Source: an uncultured Gemmatimonadales bacterium
GTDB lineage: Bacteria > Gemmatimonadota > Gemmatimonadetes > Gemmatimonadales > GWC2-71-9
Direction of reading: 5' to 3'
Assembly (NCBI GenBank): GCA_963836815.1
Contig: CAWILD010000001.1
Span: 27,813 to 91,812, forward strand
DNA length: 64,000 bases
Position numbers and translations under genes: made by a program. Shown here one piece after another: positions 9,831-19,328 of this stretch (positions are counted from its first letter, which is position 1; every line of letters begins with the position of its first letter). Below the pieces are notes generated by a model, which worked only from the letters and a program-made list of their open reading frames with translations, did no database searches and was not told the DNA's origin.

Positions 9831-11201
9831 TCACTGCAAGTGTTCGCGAGCCGCGGCCACAAGCTCTTCGGCTGCTGCCGGAGAAGGGGCCTCGGCGATC
9901 AGTCGGACGATCGGCTCGGTGCCGGACGGTCTGACGTGCAGCCAGCGGTCCGGCCAGGAAAGTCGCAGCCCGTCCCGCTCATCCGCTGCGGCTTCGGCGA
10001 AGCGGCGTCGCAATCGGTCGTACAGGGGCCGGAGTTCCGGGCTCCGCGGGCCCTTGGCCTTGACGATGGCGTATCGGGGAGCGGAATCGACCAGTTCCGA
10101 TACTCTTACCCCATTCGCTGCAAGGAGATGCAAGATCAGGGCCACACCCAGAGGGGCGTCCCGCCCGATGTGCAGGGCGGGCAGCATCACCCCGCCGTTT
10201 CCTTCACCGCCGATCAGCGCACCCTTGTCCCGAATCGCCCGAGCCACGTTGGCTTCGCCCACCGGCGCGCGAAACAGTTGGGCTCCCCCCGCGCGGGCGG
10301 CGTCCTCCACCACCAGGCTGGTCGAGAGATTCACGACCACGACGGGGACGTCCGCGGAACTGCTGCGCCTGTCCAACACTGCGCGGACCGCGAACGCCAG
10401 GGTGTAGTCCTCCCCGATCGCCCGGCCCTTCTCGTCCACCACCGCGAGCCGATCCACGTCCGGATCCACCGCGAACCCCAGGTCGGCTGACTTCGACCGG
10501 ACCAGATCGCCCAGCTCCCCCAGGTTCTCCGGCACCGGCTCCGGAGCTCTCGGGAAACGGCCGTCGGTCTCGAGGTTGATCCCGCTGACCCGGCACCCGA
10601 GCGATTCCAGCAACGGGAGCATCGCGGTGGCCCCGGCGCCCCGGACGCAATCCAGCGCAATGTGGAAGCGGCGCTTCCGGATCGCGGTGACATCGATCAT
10701 GCCAAGTCCGACAATCGCGTCCAGGTGCCGGCGAACCGCATCGGGATCGGTACGCACCTGGCCGATCCCATCCCAACCCATTCGGGGCGGTCCTTGTTCC
10801 GCGAGCTGTCGGACCCGCTCGCCGTCGGCCGCGTCCAGGAAGATCCCGTCCGGACCGACGAACTTGAGGGCGTTCCACTCGATCGGGTTGTGGCTCGCCG
10901 TGAGGATCAGGCCCGCCCCGGCGTGGTGATGCTCGACCGCGAGCTGGACCGTGGGCGTGGGGACGATGCCAAGGTCTATGACGTCCACTCCCACCGACAT
11001 CAGACCCGCCGTAGCGGCGTGAGCGAACATGGGGCCGCTGGTGCGGGCGTCGCGACCCAGGACCACCGCGGGCCGCAGTCCGGTGGCGAGCCGCACCCAG
11101 GCGCCGAGGGCGGCCGCGTGCCGGGCGACGAGCTCGGGCGTGAGATCCGTGCCGACGTGGCCACGCATCCCCGAAACGCTGATCATGAGAGTGTCGGACA
11201 T
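9831..11201 (-). CDS. glmM: phosphoglucosamine mutase / alpha-D-phosphohexomutase family
   Basis: Active-site loop TASHNPIEWNALKF, 456 aa. Lies 13 nt upstream of glmS on the same strand. Confidence 0.8.
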   Translation of the reverse strand: MSDTLMISVSGMRGHVGTDLTPELVARHAAALGAWVRLATGLRPAVVLGRDARTSGPMFAHAATAGLMSVGVDVIDLGIVPTPTVQLAVEHHHAGAGLILTASHNPIEWNALKFVGPDGIFLDAADGERVRQLAEQGPPRMGWDGIGQVRTDPDAVRRHLDAIVGLGMIDVTAIRKRRFHIALDCVRGAGATAMLPLLESLGCRVSGINLETDGRFPRAPEPVPENLGELGDLVRSKSADLGFAVDPDVDRLAVVDEKGRAIGEDYTLAFAVRAVLDRRSSSADVPVVVVNLSTSLVVEDAARAGGAQLFRAPVGEANVARAIRDKGALIGGEGNGGVMLPALHIGRDAPLGVALILHLLAANGVRVSELVDSAPRYAIVKAKGPRSPELRPLYDRLRRRFAEAAADERDGLRLSWPDRWLHVRPSGTEPIVRLIAEAPSPAAAEELVAAAREHLQ

Positions 11202-11221
11202 CGCTCGGGGCGCCGCGGCGC

Positions 11222-12283
11222 TCAGGTGCTGAGGGGAAGAACGGAGACGTCGGGGAACGCGCGCTGGAATGCGTTGACGACTTCGGTGTCGAAGTGGGTG
11301 CCGGCGCAGCGCTGCAGCTCCAGCACGGCGTCCGAGGTGGTACGGGAGGGGCGGTAGGCCCGGTTCGTGGTCATCGCATCGAACGCATCCACCACGGCCA
11401 CGATGCGGGCCTCGCGCGGGATGTCCGCGGCCTGCAGCCCGTCGGGGAAGCCCGTGCCGTCCAGGCGCTCATGATGGAAGCGGACGATGCGGAGCACCGT
11501 CGGCGACTCCGACAGGAATGGCGCCAGAATCCTCTCGCCGAGCGCGGAATGCGCCTTGACGTGCTCGAACTCATCCAGCGTGAGCGGGCCCGGCTTGTTC
11601 AGGATGTCTTCCCGCGTGCCGATCTTCCCGATGTCGTGCAGCTCGCCGCCGAGACGGATCTGCTCCAGCAGCTCGCCGGTATACCCGAGCTGCACGGCCG
11701 TCTTCACGGCATAGCGGCTCACCCGTGACGAGTGGCCGCTGGTGTAGGCGTCCTTCGCTTCGAGCGCGTGGACCAGGGTCTGGACGCCGTTCACCAGAGA
11801 CTGGCGGTTGCGCCGGTCGAGATCGCGGACCCGGAGCTCGAGGTTGTGCTGGTAGAACCGATTCTCGAGCACCAGCTGACGCTTCTCGAGCGCCTTGTCC
11901 ACCCGCGCCCGCACCTCTTCGATCACCACCGGCTTGGCGATGTAGTCCAGCGCGCCGAGCTTGAGACACTCGACCGCGGTCGAGACCTCGGCTACGCCGG
12001 TCAGCATGATCACGGCGAGGTCGGGATAGAGCCGCAGCGCTTCCTTGAGGAACGCGATCCCGTCCATCTCGGGCATGTTGATGTCCGAGATGACCAGAGG
12101 GATCTCGCCATGAAGTTGGAGAACCTCGAGAGCTTCCTTGCCCGAGCACGCCTGGGCGGTCGCCAGGCCGTGGCCTTCGATCACCTTGGCCAGCGCATGG
12201 CGGACCTGCGCGTCATCATCCACGACCAGACATCGCGCCGTACCGTCGATCGACATAGGGGAATTCACCAACCGAAGGTACAC
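11222..12283 (-). CDS. response regulator with HD-GYP output domain
   Basis: Receiver domain (CLVVDDD..SDINMPEMDG..) fused to HD-GYP (HDIGKIG..HHERLDGTGFPDGL). Alternative start at ATG 12256. Confidence 0.85.
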   Translation of the reverse strand: MYLRLVNSPMSIDGTARCLVVDDDAQVRHALAKVIEGHGLATAQACSGKEALEVLQLHGEIPLVISDINMPEMDGIAFLKEALRLYPDLAVIMLTGVAEVSTAVECLKLGALDYIAKPVVIEEVRARVDKALEKRQLVLENRFYQHNLELRVRDLDRRNRQSLVNGVQTLVHALEAKDAYTSGHSSRVSRYAVKTAVQLGYTGELLEQIRLGGELHDIGKIGTREDILNKPGPLTLDEFEHVKAHSALGERILAPFLSESPTVLRIVRFHHERLDGTGFPDGLQAADIPREARIVAVVDAFDAMTTNRAYRPSRTTSDAVLELQRCAGTHFDTEVVNAFQRAFPDVSVLPLST

Positions 12284-12363
12284 CGGGCGAAAGGCCCTCT
12301 CAACGGCTTGCCGCTCCCTGTTCGCCGCCTTACGCTTCTGACTCCTCTCCTCCCGGACCGCGG

Positions 12364-13536
12364 ATGACCAGGGTTCTCCCCCACGATCATGAGCAGCGCT
12401 TCGCGACCCGCGCGGTGCACGCCGGGCAGGTGCCGGAGCCCCTCGCGGGGGCCGTCATGACCCCGATCTACCAGACCTCCACCTACGTCCAGGAGAAGCT
12501 CGGCCAGCACAAGGGGTACGAGTATGCCCGCACCCAGAACCCCACGCGCGAGGCACTCGAGCGCAACGTGGCGAGTCTGGAAGGCGGCACCCACGGGTTC
12601 GCGTTCGGGTCGGGGCTCGCCGCGCTGGACTCGGTCCTCAAGCTGCTCAAGTCGGGCGACCACGTCGTGTGCGGCGACAACGTCTACGGCGGGACCCAGC
12701 GGCTGATGGAGCGCATCTACGCCGCCCTGGGCCTCAGCTTCACCTTCGTGGACATGCGCGAGGTGGAGGCGATCGAGCGGGCGCTGACTCCTGCGACCCG
12801 GATGGTCTACTGCGAGACGCCGACCAATCCGATGATGAACCTGGTGGATCTCCGAGCCACGGGCGATCTCACCCAGGCGCATGGCTATCTCTTCGTCGTC
12901 GACAACACCTTCGCGACGCCGTACTTCCAACGGCCGATGGACCACGGCGCCGACATCGTGCTCCACTCGACCACAAAGTACCTCAACGGTCACAGCGACA
13001 TGGTGGGCGGGCTGCTGGTGACCGGCCGCGACGATCTGGCGGAGCGGCTGGGCTTCATCCAGAATGCGGCGGGCGCCGTGCCGGGCCCGATGGACTGCTG
13101 GCTCGCGCTACGGGGCCTCAAGACCCTGCCGCTTCGGATGCGCCAGCACGACGCATCCGGCCGGCGGATCGCGGAATGGCTGGGACAGCGGCGGGACGTG
13201 CAGCGGGTGTACTATCCGGGCCTGCCCGATCATCCCCAGCATGATCTGGCCTGCCGGCAGATGGGCGGCTTCGGAGGCATGATCTCCATCGAGCTCGGGG
13301 ACGCGGCCAGAGCCAGGCGCTTCGTCGAGAGTACCCGCCTCTTCGCGCTCGCCGAATCACTGGGCGGAGTGGAGAGCCTGATCGGCCATCCGGCAACGAT
13401 GACCCACGCGGCGGTGCCCGTGGCGATGCGGCAGCGGATGGGGCTGACCGACAGTCTGGTCAGACTGAGCTGCGGGATCGAGGATACGGACGACTTGATC
13501 GCGGACTTGGATCGGGCGTTTCAGGCAGTTCGCTAG
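12364..13536 (+). CDS. Cys/Met-metabolism PLP enzyme (cystathionine gamma-synthase / beta-lyase family)
   Basis: 390 aa with STTKYLNGHSDMVGG (Schiff-base Lys) and ..YARTQNPTREALE... Confidence 0.85.
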   Translation: MTRVLPHDHEQRFATRAVHAGQVPEPLAGAVMTPIYQTSTYVQEKLGQHKGYEYARTQNPTREALERNVASLEGGTHGFAFGSGLAALDSVLKLLKSGDHVVCGDNVYGGTQRLMERIYAALGLSFTFVDMREVEAIERALTPATRMVYCETPTNPMMNLVDLRATGDLTQAHGYLFVVDNTFATPYFQRPMDHGADIVLHSTTKYLNGHSDMVGGLLVTGRDDLAERLGFIQNAAGAVPGPMDCWLALRGLKTLPLRMRQHDASGRRIAEWLGQRRDVQRVYYPGLPDHPQHDLACRQMGGFGGMISIELGDAARARRFVESTRLFALAESLGGVESLIGHPATMTHAAVPVAMRQRMGLTDSLVRLSCGIEDTDDLIADLDRAFQAVR

Positions 13537-13618
13537 TACTTCAGCCTCAGCGAAGCGAGGGACCTTGCCCGGGAAGAGTTCGATACCAGCGGACCCTCGC
13601 TCCGCTCGGGATGAAGTA
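13537..13618. repeat. REP/MITE-like palindromic element, copy 1
   Basis: The arms TACTTCAGCCTCAGCGAAGCGAGGGACC (13537-13564) and GGACCCTCGCTCCGCTCGGGATGAAGTA (13591-13618) flank a CCCGGG..GTTCGATACC core. The same family occurs at 22043, 35463 and 40265. Confidence 0.8.
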
Positions 13619-13688
13619 GCGTCCGTCGCAAATTGAAACAACTACCCCTGCACCTCGTAGTTATGCCATCCCTAACCTCGAGCCCAGC

Positions 13689-14705
13689 ATGACCAGCCTT
13701 CCCGCACCCAGGCCCCGCCAGTCGTTCCCCGAGATCTCGGCGGTCTCCTGGGAGCACCCAGCCGATCGCGCCGCCCTGCAGGCCCTTCGGGCCGTCCCCG
13801 GGGTCGACGAGGTGATCCGCAAGGTCCTGGCACTGCTCGGCGGAGAGCGCGGAGTCCGGCTGCTGTTTCAGGGCAACGCGGTGCGCATCGGCCCCGCGCA
13901 GTTTCCCAAGCTCTGGCACCTGCACACCGAGGTCTGCACCACCTTCGACTGGCCGGACGTGCCGGAGCTGTATGTCTCCCAGACGCCGTTCTTCAACGCC
14001 GGCGCCTACGGCATCGACAAGCCGTTCATCGTGATCCATTCGGCGGCGATCGAGCTGCTGGACGACGACGAGCTCCGCGTGCTGGTGGCCCACGAGCTGG
14101 GCCACGTCATGAGCGGGCATGCCCTCTACCGCACGATCGCGGCGATTCTCGCCCTGATCAGCCTGGGCGCGCTCCCGATCCTCGCGAGCATCGCGGTGCT
14201 GCCGGTGCGGCTCGCCTTTCTCGAGTGGTCCCGGAAATCGGAGCTCTCCGCGGACCGCGCGGGTCTGCTCGGTGCGCAGGACATCGTCGTCGCGCACCGA
14301 CTCGACATGAAGATGGCGGGCGGCGGCAGGGGCGACGGCTTCGCGGGACAGCTCAACGTGGACGCCTTCATGCAGCAGGCCCACGAGTACGCATCGAGCG
14401 GCGAAGGCCTGGATGTCGTTTACAAGGTGCTGAGCACCCTGGCGCTCACCCATCCGATGCACACCGTGCGCGCAGCCGAGCTCCAGCGATGGGTGAGCAG
14501 CGGCGAATACGACCGCATCCTGCGGGGCGAGTACGTGCGGCGCGGCGCGGAGCAGAAGGAGCGCTCGGTCGGGCAGGACTTCGCCGCAGCCGGCAATTAC
14601 TACGCGGGTGAGGCCCGCGAGCTGGCCACCCACGTGGCCGAGGCCGCCCGTCGGGCCGCGGACAAGGCGCGCGAAGCCTTCCGAAACGCCCAGCAGAAGC
14701 CGTGA
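13689..14705 (+). CDS. M48-family zinc metalloprotease
   Basis: HELGHVMSGH (HExxH) plus downstream ELSADRAG. The stop overlaps the purD GTG (GTGA). Confidence 0.8.
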   Translation: MTSLPAPRPRQSFPEISAVSWEHPADRAALQALRAVPGVDEVIRKVLALLGGERGVRLLFQGNAVRIGPAQFPKLWHLHTEVCTTFDWPDVPELYVSQTPFFNAGAYGIDKPFIVIHSAAIELLDDDELRVLVAHELGHVMSGHALYRTIAAILALISLGALPILASIAVLPVRLAFLEWSRKSELSADRAGLLGAQDIVVAHRLDMKMAGGGRGDGFAGQLNVDAFMQQAHEYASSGEGLDVVYKVLSTLALTHPMHTVRAAELQRWVSSGEYDRILRGEYVRRGAEQKERSVGQDFAAAGNYYAGEARELATHVAEAARRAADKAREAFRNAQQKP

Positions 14706-15988
14706 GGCTGCTGGTCATTGGCGGCGGAGGCCGGGAGCACGCGCTCTGCTGGGCACTCCGCCGCGAGAACCCCACCGCCGACATCTACTGCGCTCCAGGC
14801 AATCCCGGCACCGCCGAGGTGGCGCGGAACCTGATGATCCCCGCCGACGATCTCGACCGCATCGCCGACGCGGCCGACATGCACGGCATCGACCTCACCG
14901 TCATCGGGCCCGAGGTGCCGCTCGCGCTCGGCCTCGCGGACCGGCTGCGCGCCGAGGGGCGGGCGGTGTTCGGGCCGGGCGCCGCAGCCGCTCAGCTCGA
15001 GGCTTCCAAGGCGTTTGCCAAAGAGGTCATGGCGGAGGCCGGAATCCCCACCGCGGCCAGCCGCACGTTCGAGGATCTCGAGGCGGCGCTGGACTACGTC
15101 TCTCGACACCCGGAGCCGCTGGTGGTGAAGGCCTCCGGCCTGGCCGCCGGCAAGGGCGCGGTCGTGTGCGCCACCCGTCGCGAAGCCGCGGACACGGTCC
15201 GCGCCATGCTTGGCGCCGGCGCGTTCGGATCGGCCGGACGGACGATCGTCATCGAAGCGTTTCTCGAGGGCGAGGAGGTCTCCGTCCTCGCAATCACCGA
15301 CGGCAGCGACGTCGAGCTGCTGCCCGTGTCGCAGGACCACAAGCGCCTGCTCGAAGGCGACAGGGGACCCAACACCGGCGGCATGGGGGCCTATAGCCCG
15401 GTTTCGGTCGCGACACCGACTCTGCTGGAACGAACTCGCCGGGAAGTGCTCCTGCCCACGCTTGCGGAGATGCGTCGCCGGGGCACGCCATTCCGTGGCG
15501 TGCTCTACGCGGGGCTGATGGTGGACGCCCAGGAGACGCCGTGGGTTGTCGAGTTCAACTGCCGCTTGGGCGACCCGGAGTCCCAGGTGGTCCTGCCGCT
15601 GGTGTCGGACGGACTCACGGAGTGTCTCCAACGAGTGGCTCGAGGGGAGTCGCCGTCGCCACTCTCGCTCGCCGATCACGCGTCCGTCACCACCGTGCTG
15701 GCATCCCGCGGCTATCCTGATGCCCCGGTCAAGGGCGCGCCGATTAGCATCCCGTCCGACCTCCCCGAGGGCGTCACGGTATTTCATGCCGGCACTTCGC
15801 GGGGAGACGACGGTGTTCTCCGCGTCGCGGGCGGACGGGTGCTCAACGTCACCGCGGTCGCCGCCACCTTCGCGGAGGCACAGCGGCTGAGTCGGGAGGC
15901 AGCGGACGCGATCGAGTTCGAGGGGAAGGTGTTCCGGCGGGACATCGGCTGGCGGGAGGCAGGGCGCGCACGCGCCCTGCTCTCCTGA
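14702..15988 (+). CDS. purD: phosphoribosylamine--glycine ligase
   Basis: 428 aa ATP-grasp GARS (..LVVKASGLAAGKGAVV.., ..VVEFNCRLGDPE..). Confidence 0.95.
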   Translation: MRLLVIGGGGREHALCWALRRENPTADIYCAPGNPGTAEVARNLMIPADDLDRIADAADMHGIDLTVIGPEVPLALGLADRLRAEGRAVFGPGAAAAQLEASKAFAKEVMAEAGIPTAASRTFEDLEAALDYVSRHPEPLVVKASGLAAGKGAVVCATRREAADTVRAMLGAGAFGSAGRTIVIEAFLEGEEVSVLAITDGSDVELLPVSQDHKRLLEGDRGPNTGGMGAYSPVSVATPTLLERTRREVLLPTLAEMRRRGTPFRGVLYAGLMVDAQETPWVVEFNCRLGDPESQVVLPLVSDGLTECLQRVARGESPSPLSLADHASVTTVLASRGYPDAPVKGAPISIPSDLPEGVTVFHAGTSRGDDGVLRVAGGRVLNVTAVAATFAEAQRLSREAADAIEFEGKVFRRDIGWREAGRARALLS

Positions 15989-15993
15989 ACTTC

Positions 15994-16425
15994 CTACTCG
16001 AAGACGAGATCCACGTCGGCCACACCGTTGGCGCAGTAGTCGTAGTAGAGCACCACGAGTGACCCCTCCACTTCCCCCTCGAACTCGTCGCCCCAGGCCT
16101 CCGACCAGAAGTGCAGGTCGTTTCCATCCCGTTCGAAGGTGCCATGGTCTCCGAACCAATCCTCGCCATCGAGGTCGTCCTTTTCAACCCGCATCTCAAA
16201 ACTGTCACCGTCCAGGCTCAGCGAGCCGGAGTAGAACACGGTCTCCGAACAGTTTTCGATCACCTCGCTCTCTGGCAGTGCGTCCTCGTTGATCCCGACG
16301 AGCTCGTACTGCCCGCCGATCCCGCCGCCTCCCGGGCCGGTGCCGCCATCGGATCCACCGCATCCGGTCAGCACCAGCGTCGAGCACAGGGCCAACGCCC
16401 CGAGCAGCAATGAATACGCGTTCAC
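15994..16425 (-). CDS. small lipoprotein, paralogue of 17115..17741
   Basis: GTG start with AGGAGG 6 nt upstream. Signal peptide plus lipobox LTGC. FERDGNDLHFWSEAWGDEF aligns with FTQNGSDLVFQSEVYGDQF of the other copy. Confidence 0.6.
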   Translation of the reverse strand: MNAYSLLLGALALCSTLVLTGCGGSDGGTGPGGGGIGGQYELVGINEDALPESEVIENCSETVFYSGSLSLDGDSFEMRVEKDDLDGEDWFGDHGTFERDGNDLHFWSEAWGDEFEGEVEGSLVVLYYDYCANGVADVDLVFE

Positions 16426-16434
16426 AAGTTCCTC

Positions 16435-17082
16435 CTAGAATGAGGGGTAGAAGTTGACGCCGAGGCGCACCTGCGCGGTCAGCGTGTTGTCCACGTCGAG
16501 GTCAGCCGTCTGAAACGGATCCTCGTAGTTGCCGAACTTCCCGTAGGCGAACGAGACGTTGCCGTCGAGCGCGAGCGCCGGAGACATCTGGTACTGGACC
16601 CCGCCGCCGGCGCTCAGCGACATCCCATCGAACGACACGTCACCCTGGTTCTGCCCCTGGTCCTCCACCTTCGCGCCGATCCCGCGCCAGCCGTAGGCCG
16701 CAGTCACGTAGGGCGTCAGCGGGCCTCGCGCGGACGGGAAGCTCAGACGTCCGCCGATCTCTATGGCGCCGAAGCCCCAGTGGCCTTCCAGTCCGTTACC
16801 CGCGCCGAGCCGGGCGAGGTCGGCACCCACGAACACCATCCACTGCGGGGTGATCCCCCAGCCGATCCGCGCGCCCAGTCCGGGGCCCAGCGAGGTTGCG
16901 ATTTCCCCGGCCACGTCGGGCCCCTTGATGCCGAACCCGGGGGTCGTGAAGGCATGGACGTTCAGCATCAGTCCGGTTGGCGCGGAAGCCGCCTCGCGCC
17001 CGTGGCTGCCGCGCTGTGCATGTGCCGTCGTGATCGGCGCCGCCAGCGCCGAGGCGATCAGGGCAAGTCTGAAGAAGTGCAT
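16435..17082 (-). CDS. outer-membrane beta-barrel protein
   Basis: ATG 17082 (MHFFRLALIASALAAPITTAHA signal). Alternating beta-strand pattern and a terminal ..GVNFYPSF aromatic residue. The rest of track ORF 16435..17748 is low-complexity read-through. Confidence 0.7.
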   Translation of the reverse strand: MHFFRLALIASALAAPITTAHAQRGSHGREAASAPTGLMLNVHAFTTPGFGIKGPDVAGEIATSLGPGLGARIGWGITPQWMVFVGADLARLGAGNGLEGHWGFGAIEIGGRLSFPSARGPLTPYVTAAYGWRGIGAKVEDQGQNQGDVSFDGMSLSAGGGVQYQMSPALALDGNVSFAYGKFGNYEDPFQTADLDVDNTLTAQVRLGVNFYPSF

Positions 17083-17114
17083 TGGATAGTCTCCCTCTCG
17101 TTGGTCGTGATGGC

Positions 17115-17741
17115 TCAGGAACCGGGCGCAAGAATGCGGACGAACCCGAATACGACGTCGGTCTCTCCATCCCCGTCGAAGTCGTATCTGAAGGCCACCA
17201 CTCCGTCCCGGCCTGAGCCGGGGAACTGGTCGCCGTACACTTCGGACTGGAACACCAGGTCGCTGCCGTTCTGGGTGAAGACGCCCAGGTCCTCGAGTTC
17301 GAAGTCCACCTTGTCGTCCGTGTACTCGAGCGACAGGTCCCATGTCCCGTCGCCGGTCATCCCGAGCGTGCCGCCGGAGAAGCGATACAGGCCGGCGACG
17401 CTGCCGTCGGGATTGGCGATCGTGATCAGCTGCCCCGGGGTGCCGTCGTTGATCTGGCTCAGGACGTAGACGCCGGTCAGGTTGTCCGCCGGCGGCTGGT
17501 CCGGGGGCGTCGGGTCGTTCGGCACCGGCACGGGCGGCTCGTTCGGCACGGGCGGCTCGTTGGGCAGAGGCGGCTCGTTCGGCTGGGGCTGGGTCGGCGG
17601 CGGAACTGGCGGGCCGTCCGGATCGTGCGGCGTCGGACCGTTCGCGTCGTCGCCGCTGCAGGCGAGCAGCAGCACAAGCGCGAGCGCGGCGGCCGATTGT
17701 AGGCCGACGCGCCGACGGCGCAGGGTGAGCAACAACGGCAT
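17115..17741 (-). CDS. lipoprotein with Pro-rich linker, paralogue of 15994..16425
   Basis: ATG 17741 (MPLLLTLRRRRVGLQSAAALALVLLLAC lipobox), a 3x NEPP(V/L)P linker, and a C-terminal domain shared with 15994..16425. Confidence 0.65.
   Translation of the reverse strand: MPLLLTLRRRRVGLQSAAALALVLLLACSGDDANGPTPHDPDGPPVPPPTQPQPNEPPLPNEPPVPNEPPVPVPNDPTPPDQPPADNLTGVYVLSQINDGTPGQLITIANPDGSVAGLYRFSGGTLGMTGDGTWDLSLEYTDDKVDFELEDLGVFTQNGSDLVFQSEVYGDQFPGSGRDGVVAFRYDFDGDGETDVVFGFVRILAPGS
17527..17580. repeat. 3 x 18-nt tandem repeat inside the lipoprotein gene
   Basis: Units are GGCACGGGCGGCTCGTTC / GGCACGGGCGGCTCGTTG / GGCAGAGGCGGCTCGTTC. They encode NEPPVP/NEPPLP on the minus strand. Confidence 0.85.
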
Positions 17742-18051
17742 TAGACATCCTCCGTGAGAGTGGTCAGGGTCAGGCTCACGAGGGATGACGCAGGGCTCCT
17801 CGCCGCGTCTCACTTGCCGGGTGAGGCGCGGGTTCGTTCGAGGAAGTGTTCACGGCGCAGGGACAGCTCAGCGCGGCCGACCGGCTCCCGGGATTGGCCT
17901 GAGGGACCGCGCTGTCGACTGGGGGATCGGCGGGGCTAAGCGGAGAGGGCGAGCCTCAAGCGTGGCCGGGCGATGAGCTGGTTCTATCGGGGTGAGGCGC
18001 GCAGAGCCCGGGACCTTCCCAAAGCCCTGGCGCCATGGCGGTGCGGCGTTC

Positions 18052-18720
18052 CTACCGGCCAGCAGCGCGGAAGCGACCTACGGGCGAAGCCGCGGGCTCA
18101 TCAGCGCCCTCCTCAAGCGTCCTCACCGACCACCGGTAGGTTGTGCCGGGGACGAGCGCCCCCGACGGAGCGAGCGTCGCGGAAGTGTCGGCGGTGGAGT
18201 CGCTGAAAATCACGGCGCCGTCGGGCCCCAGCACCTCGAGGACATAGCGCGACGCCCCTGGAACCGGTGTCCATGCGAACGCGACCGAGTCGGACGCAGC
18301 CACTTCGCCGCCCGGCGTGTACAGCGCGATCTCTCTCCCCCCGCCGCGCTCGGCTCCATCACCGGCAGTTCCCGGTCGGTCCATGACGATCAAGGTGCCA
18401 ACCGCCAGTACGATCGAGGCGGCCGCGGCCAGGGGGACCAGCCGGCGCCAAGGGGCCGCCCGGCGCTCGGCGATGCGCTCGAGCTTGGTGCCCGTCTCCT
18501 CGACCGCGGACAGATACTCGTAGTCGCGGTGGCAGGCGGGACAGGACATCACGTGGTCGAGCGTCGTCAGCCGGTCGGCCTCGGGACTCTCGCCGAGGAT
18601 GACGGCGAGGATCGCCTCGGGGGGAACGCACGCGGCGCGGTCGACTACCTGCCGCTCGCTCACACCGGCGGAGTACAGTCGGCCCAGCCGCTGCTCGTCG
18701 CTCAGGTCTTGGTCGTCCAT
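18052..18720 (-). CDS. anti-sigma factor (zinc-finger type, single TM)
   Basis: Overlaps the sigma gene by 19 nt. HVMSCPACH (HxxxCxxC) motif, TM helix LVPLAAAASIVLAVGTLIV, and an extracytoplasmic domain. Confidence 0.7.
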   Translation of the reverse strand: MDDQDLSDEQRLGRLYSAGVSERQVVDRAACVPPEAILAVILGESPEADRLTTLDHVMSCPACHRDYEYLSAVEETGTKLERIAERRAAPWRRLVPLAAAASIVLAVGTLIVMDRPGTAGDGAERGGGREIALYTPGGEVAASDSVAFAWTPVPGASRYVLEVLGPDGAVIFSDSTADTSATLAPSGALVPGTTYRWSVRTLEEGADEPAASPVGRFRAAGR

Positions 18721-19259
18721 CGAACCCCCTCCGCCCTCAGGCGTTCCCGCAGGTCCGCTAGGCCGCGAGAAAGCAGATTACGCACTTGGTTGTCGGTACA
18801 GCCGAGAACCCTCCCGATTTCGTCGCGGGGGTGCCCGAGGAGGTGCATGCGAACGACCGGACGCCGGGATGCTGGGATGGAATCGATCGCCCGCTCGACC
18901 TGGGCCCGAAGCTCGGCCTCGGCGAGTGTCTCGTCGGGGCTGGACGGTCCAGGTGGATCGTCACCCTCATCGAGCGAAACCGTGGAGTCGGCCCGCCGTG
19001 CCCGCCTGCGGCGAAGCAGGTCGATGGCGGCGGAGCGTGCGGTTCTACGAATATAGGACGCAGGGACCCGGGCGATCTGCTCAGCAGCCCCTTCGCGCTC
19101 GGCATGGGCGTGCCAGAGCCGGACCCGCACCTCCTGTACCAGCTCGTCCGCGTCGGCACCGGTCAGCCGATGCCGCCAGCACACGTGCCTGAGGATGCCA
19201 GTGAACTGGCCGATGACATCCTCGAGTGCCGGCGAGAGCCGCTCTGTCTCGGGACCCAT
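18702..19259 (-). CDS. ECF (sigma-70 group 4) sigma factor
   Basis: 185 aa from ATG 19259, with region 2 (..DELVQEVRVRLW..) and a region 4 HTH (..EIGRVLGCTDNQVRNLLSRGLADLR). The remainder of track ORF 18702..20147 is antisense to mutM. Confidence 0.85.
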   Translation of the reverse strand: MGPETERLSPALEDVIGQFTGILRHVCWRHRLTGADADELVQEVRVRLWHAHAEREGAAEQIARVPASYIRRTARSAAIDLLRRRRARRADSTVSLDEGDDPPGPSSPDETLAEAELRAQVERAIDSIPASRRPVVRMHLLGHPRDEIGRVLGCTDNQVRNLLSRGLADLRERLRAEGVRWTTKT

Positions 19260-19328
19260 ACGTGCCCAAAGTACGCGCCCGGAAGAGGGGCGGCAAACCC
19301 GCGGTTGCCTGTCTAGTTTTCTGGGGCA

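Noticed and set aside
12284-12363. Leader of the Cys/Met PLP-enzyme gene, inspected for a SAM-type riboswitch.
   Set aside because: It is only 80 nt, with one small GGGC-GAAA-GCCC hairpin and a pyrimidine tract. No SAM-I/II/VI consensus elements were recognised.
14600-16159. 519-aa minus-strand ORF.
   Set aside because: It is antisense to purD, whose identity is unambiguous. It is low complexity.
17742-18051. 310-nt ORF-free gap inside the ECF cluster, inspected for an ncRNA or a GGAAC..CGT ECF promoter.
   Set aside because: The GAAC words present have no correctly spaced -10 partner, and I saw no convincing conserved structure. It is left unannotated.
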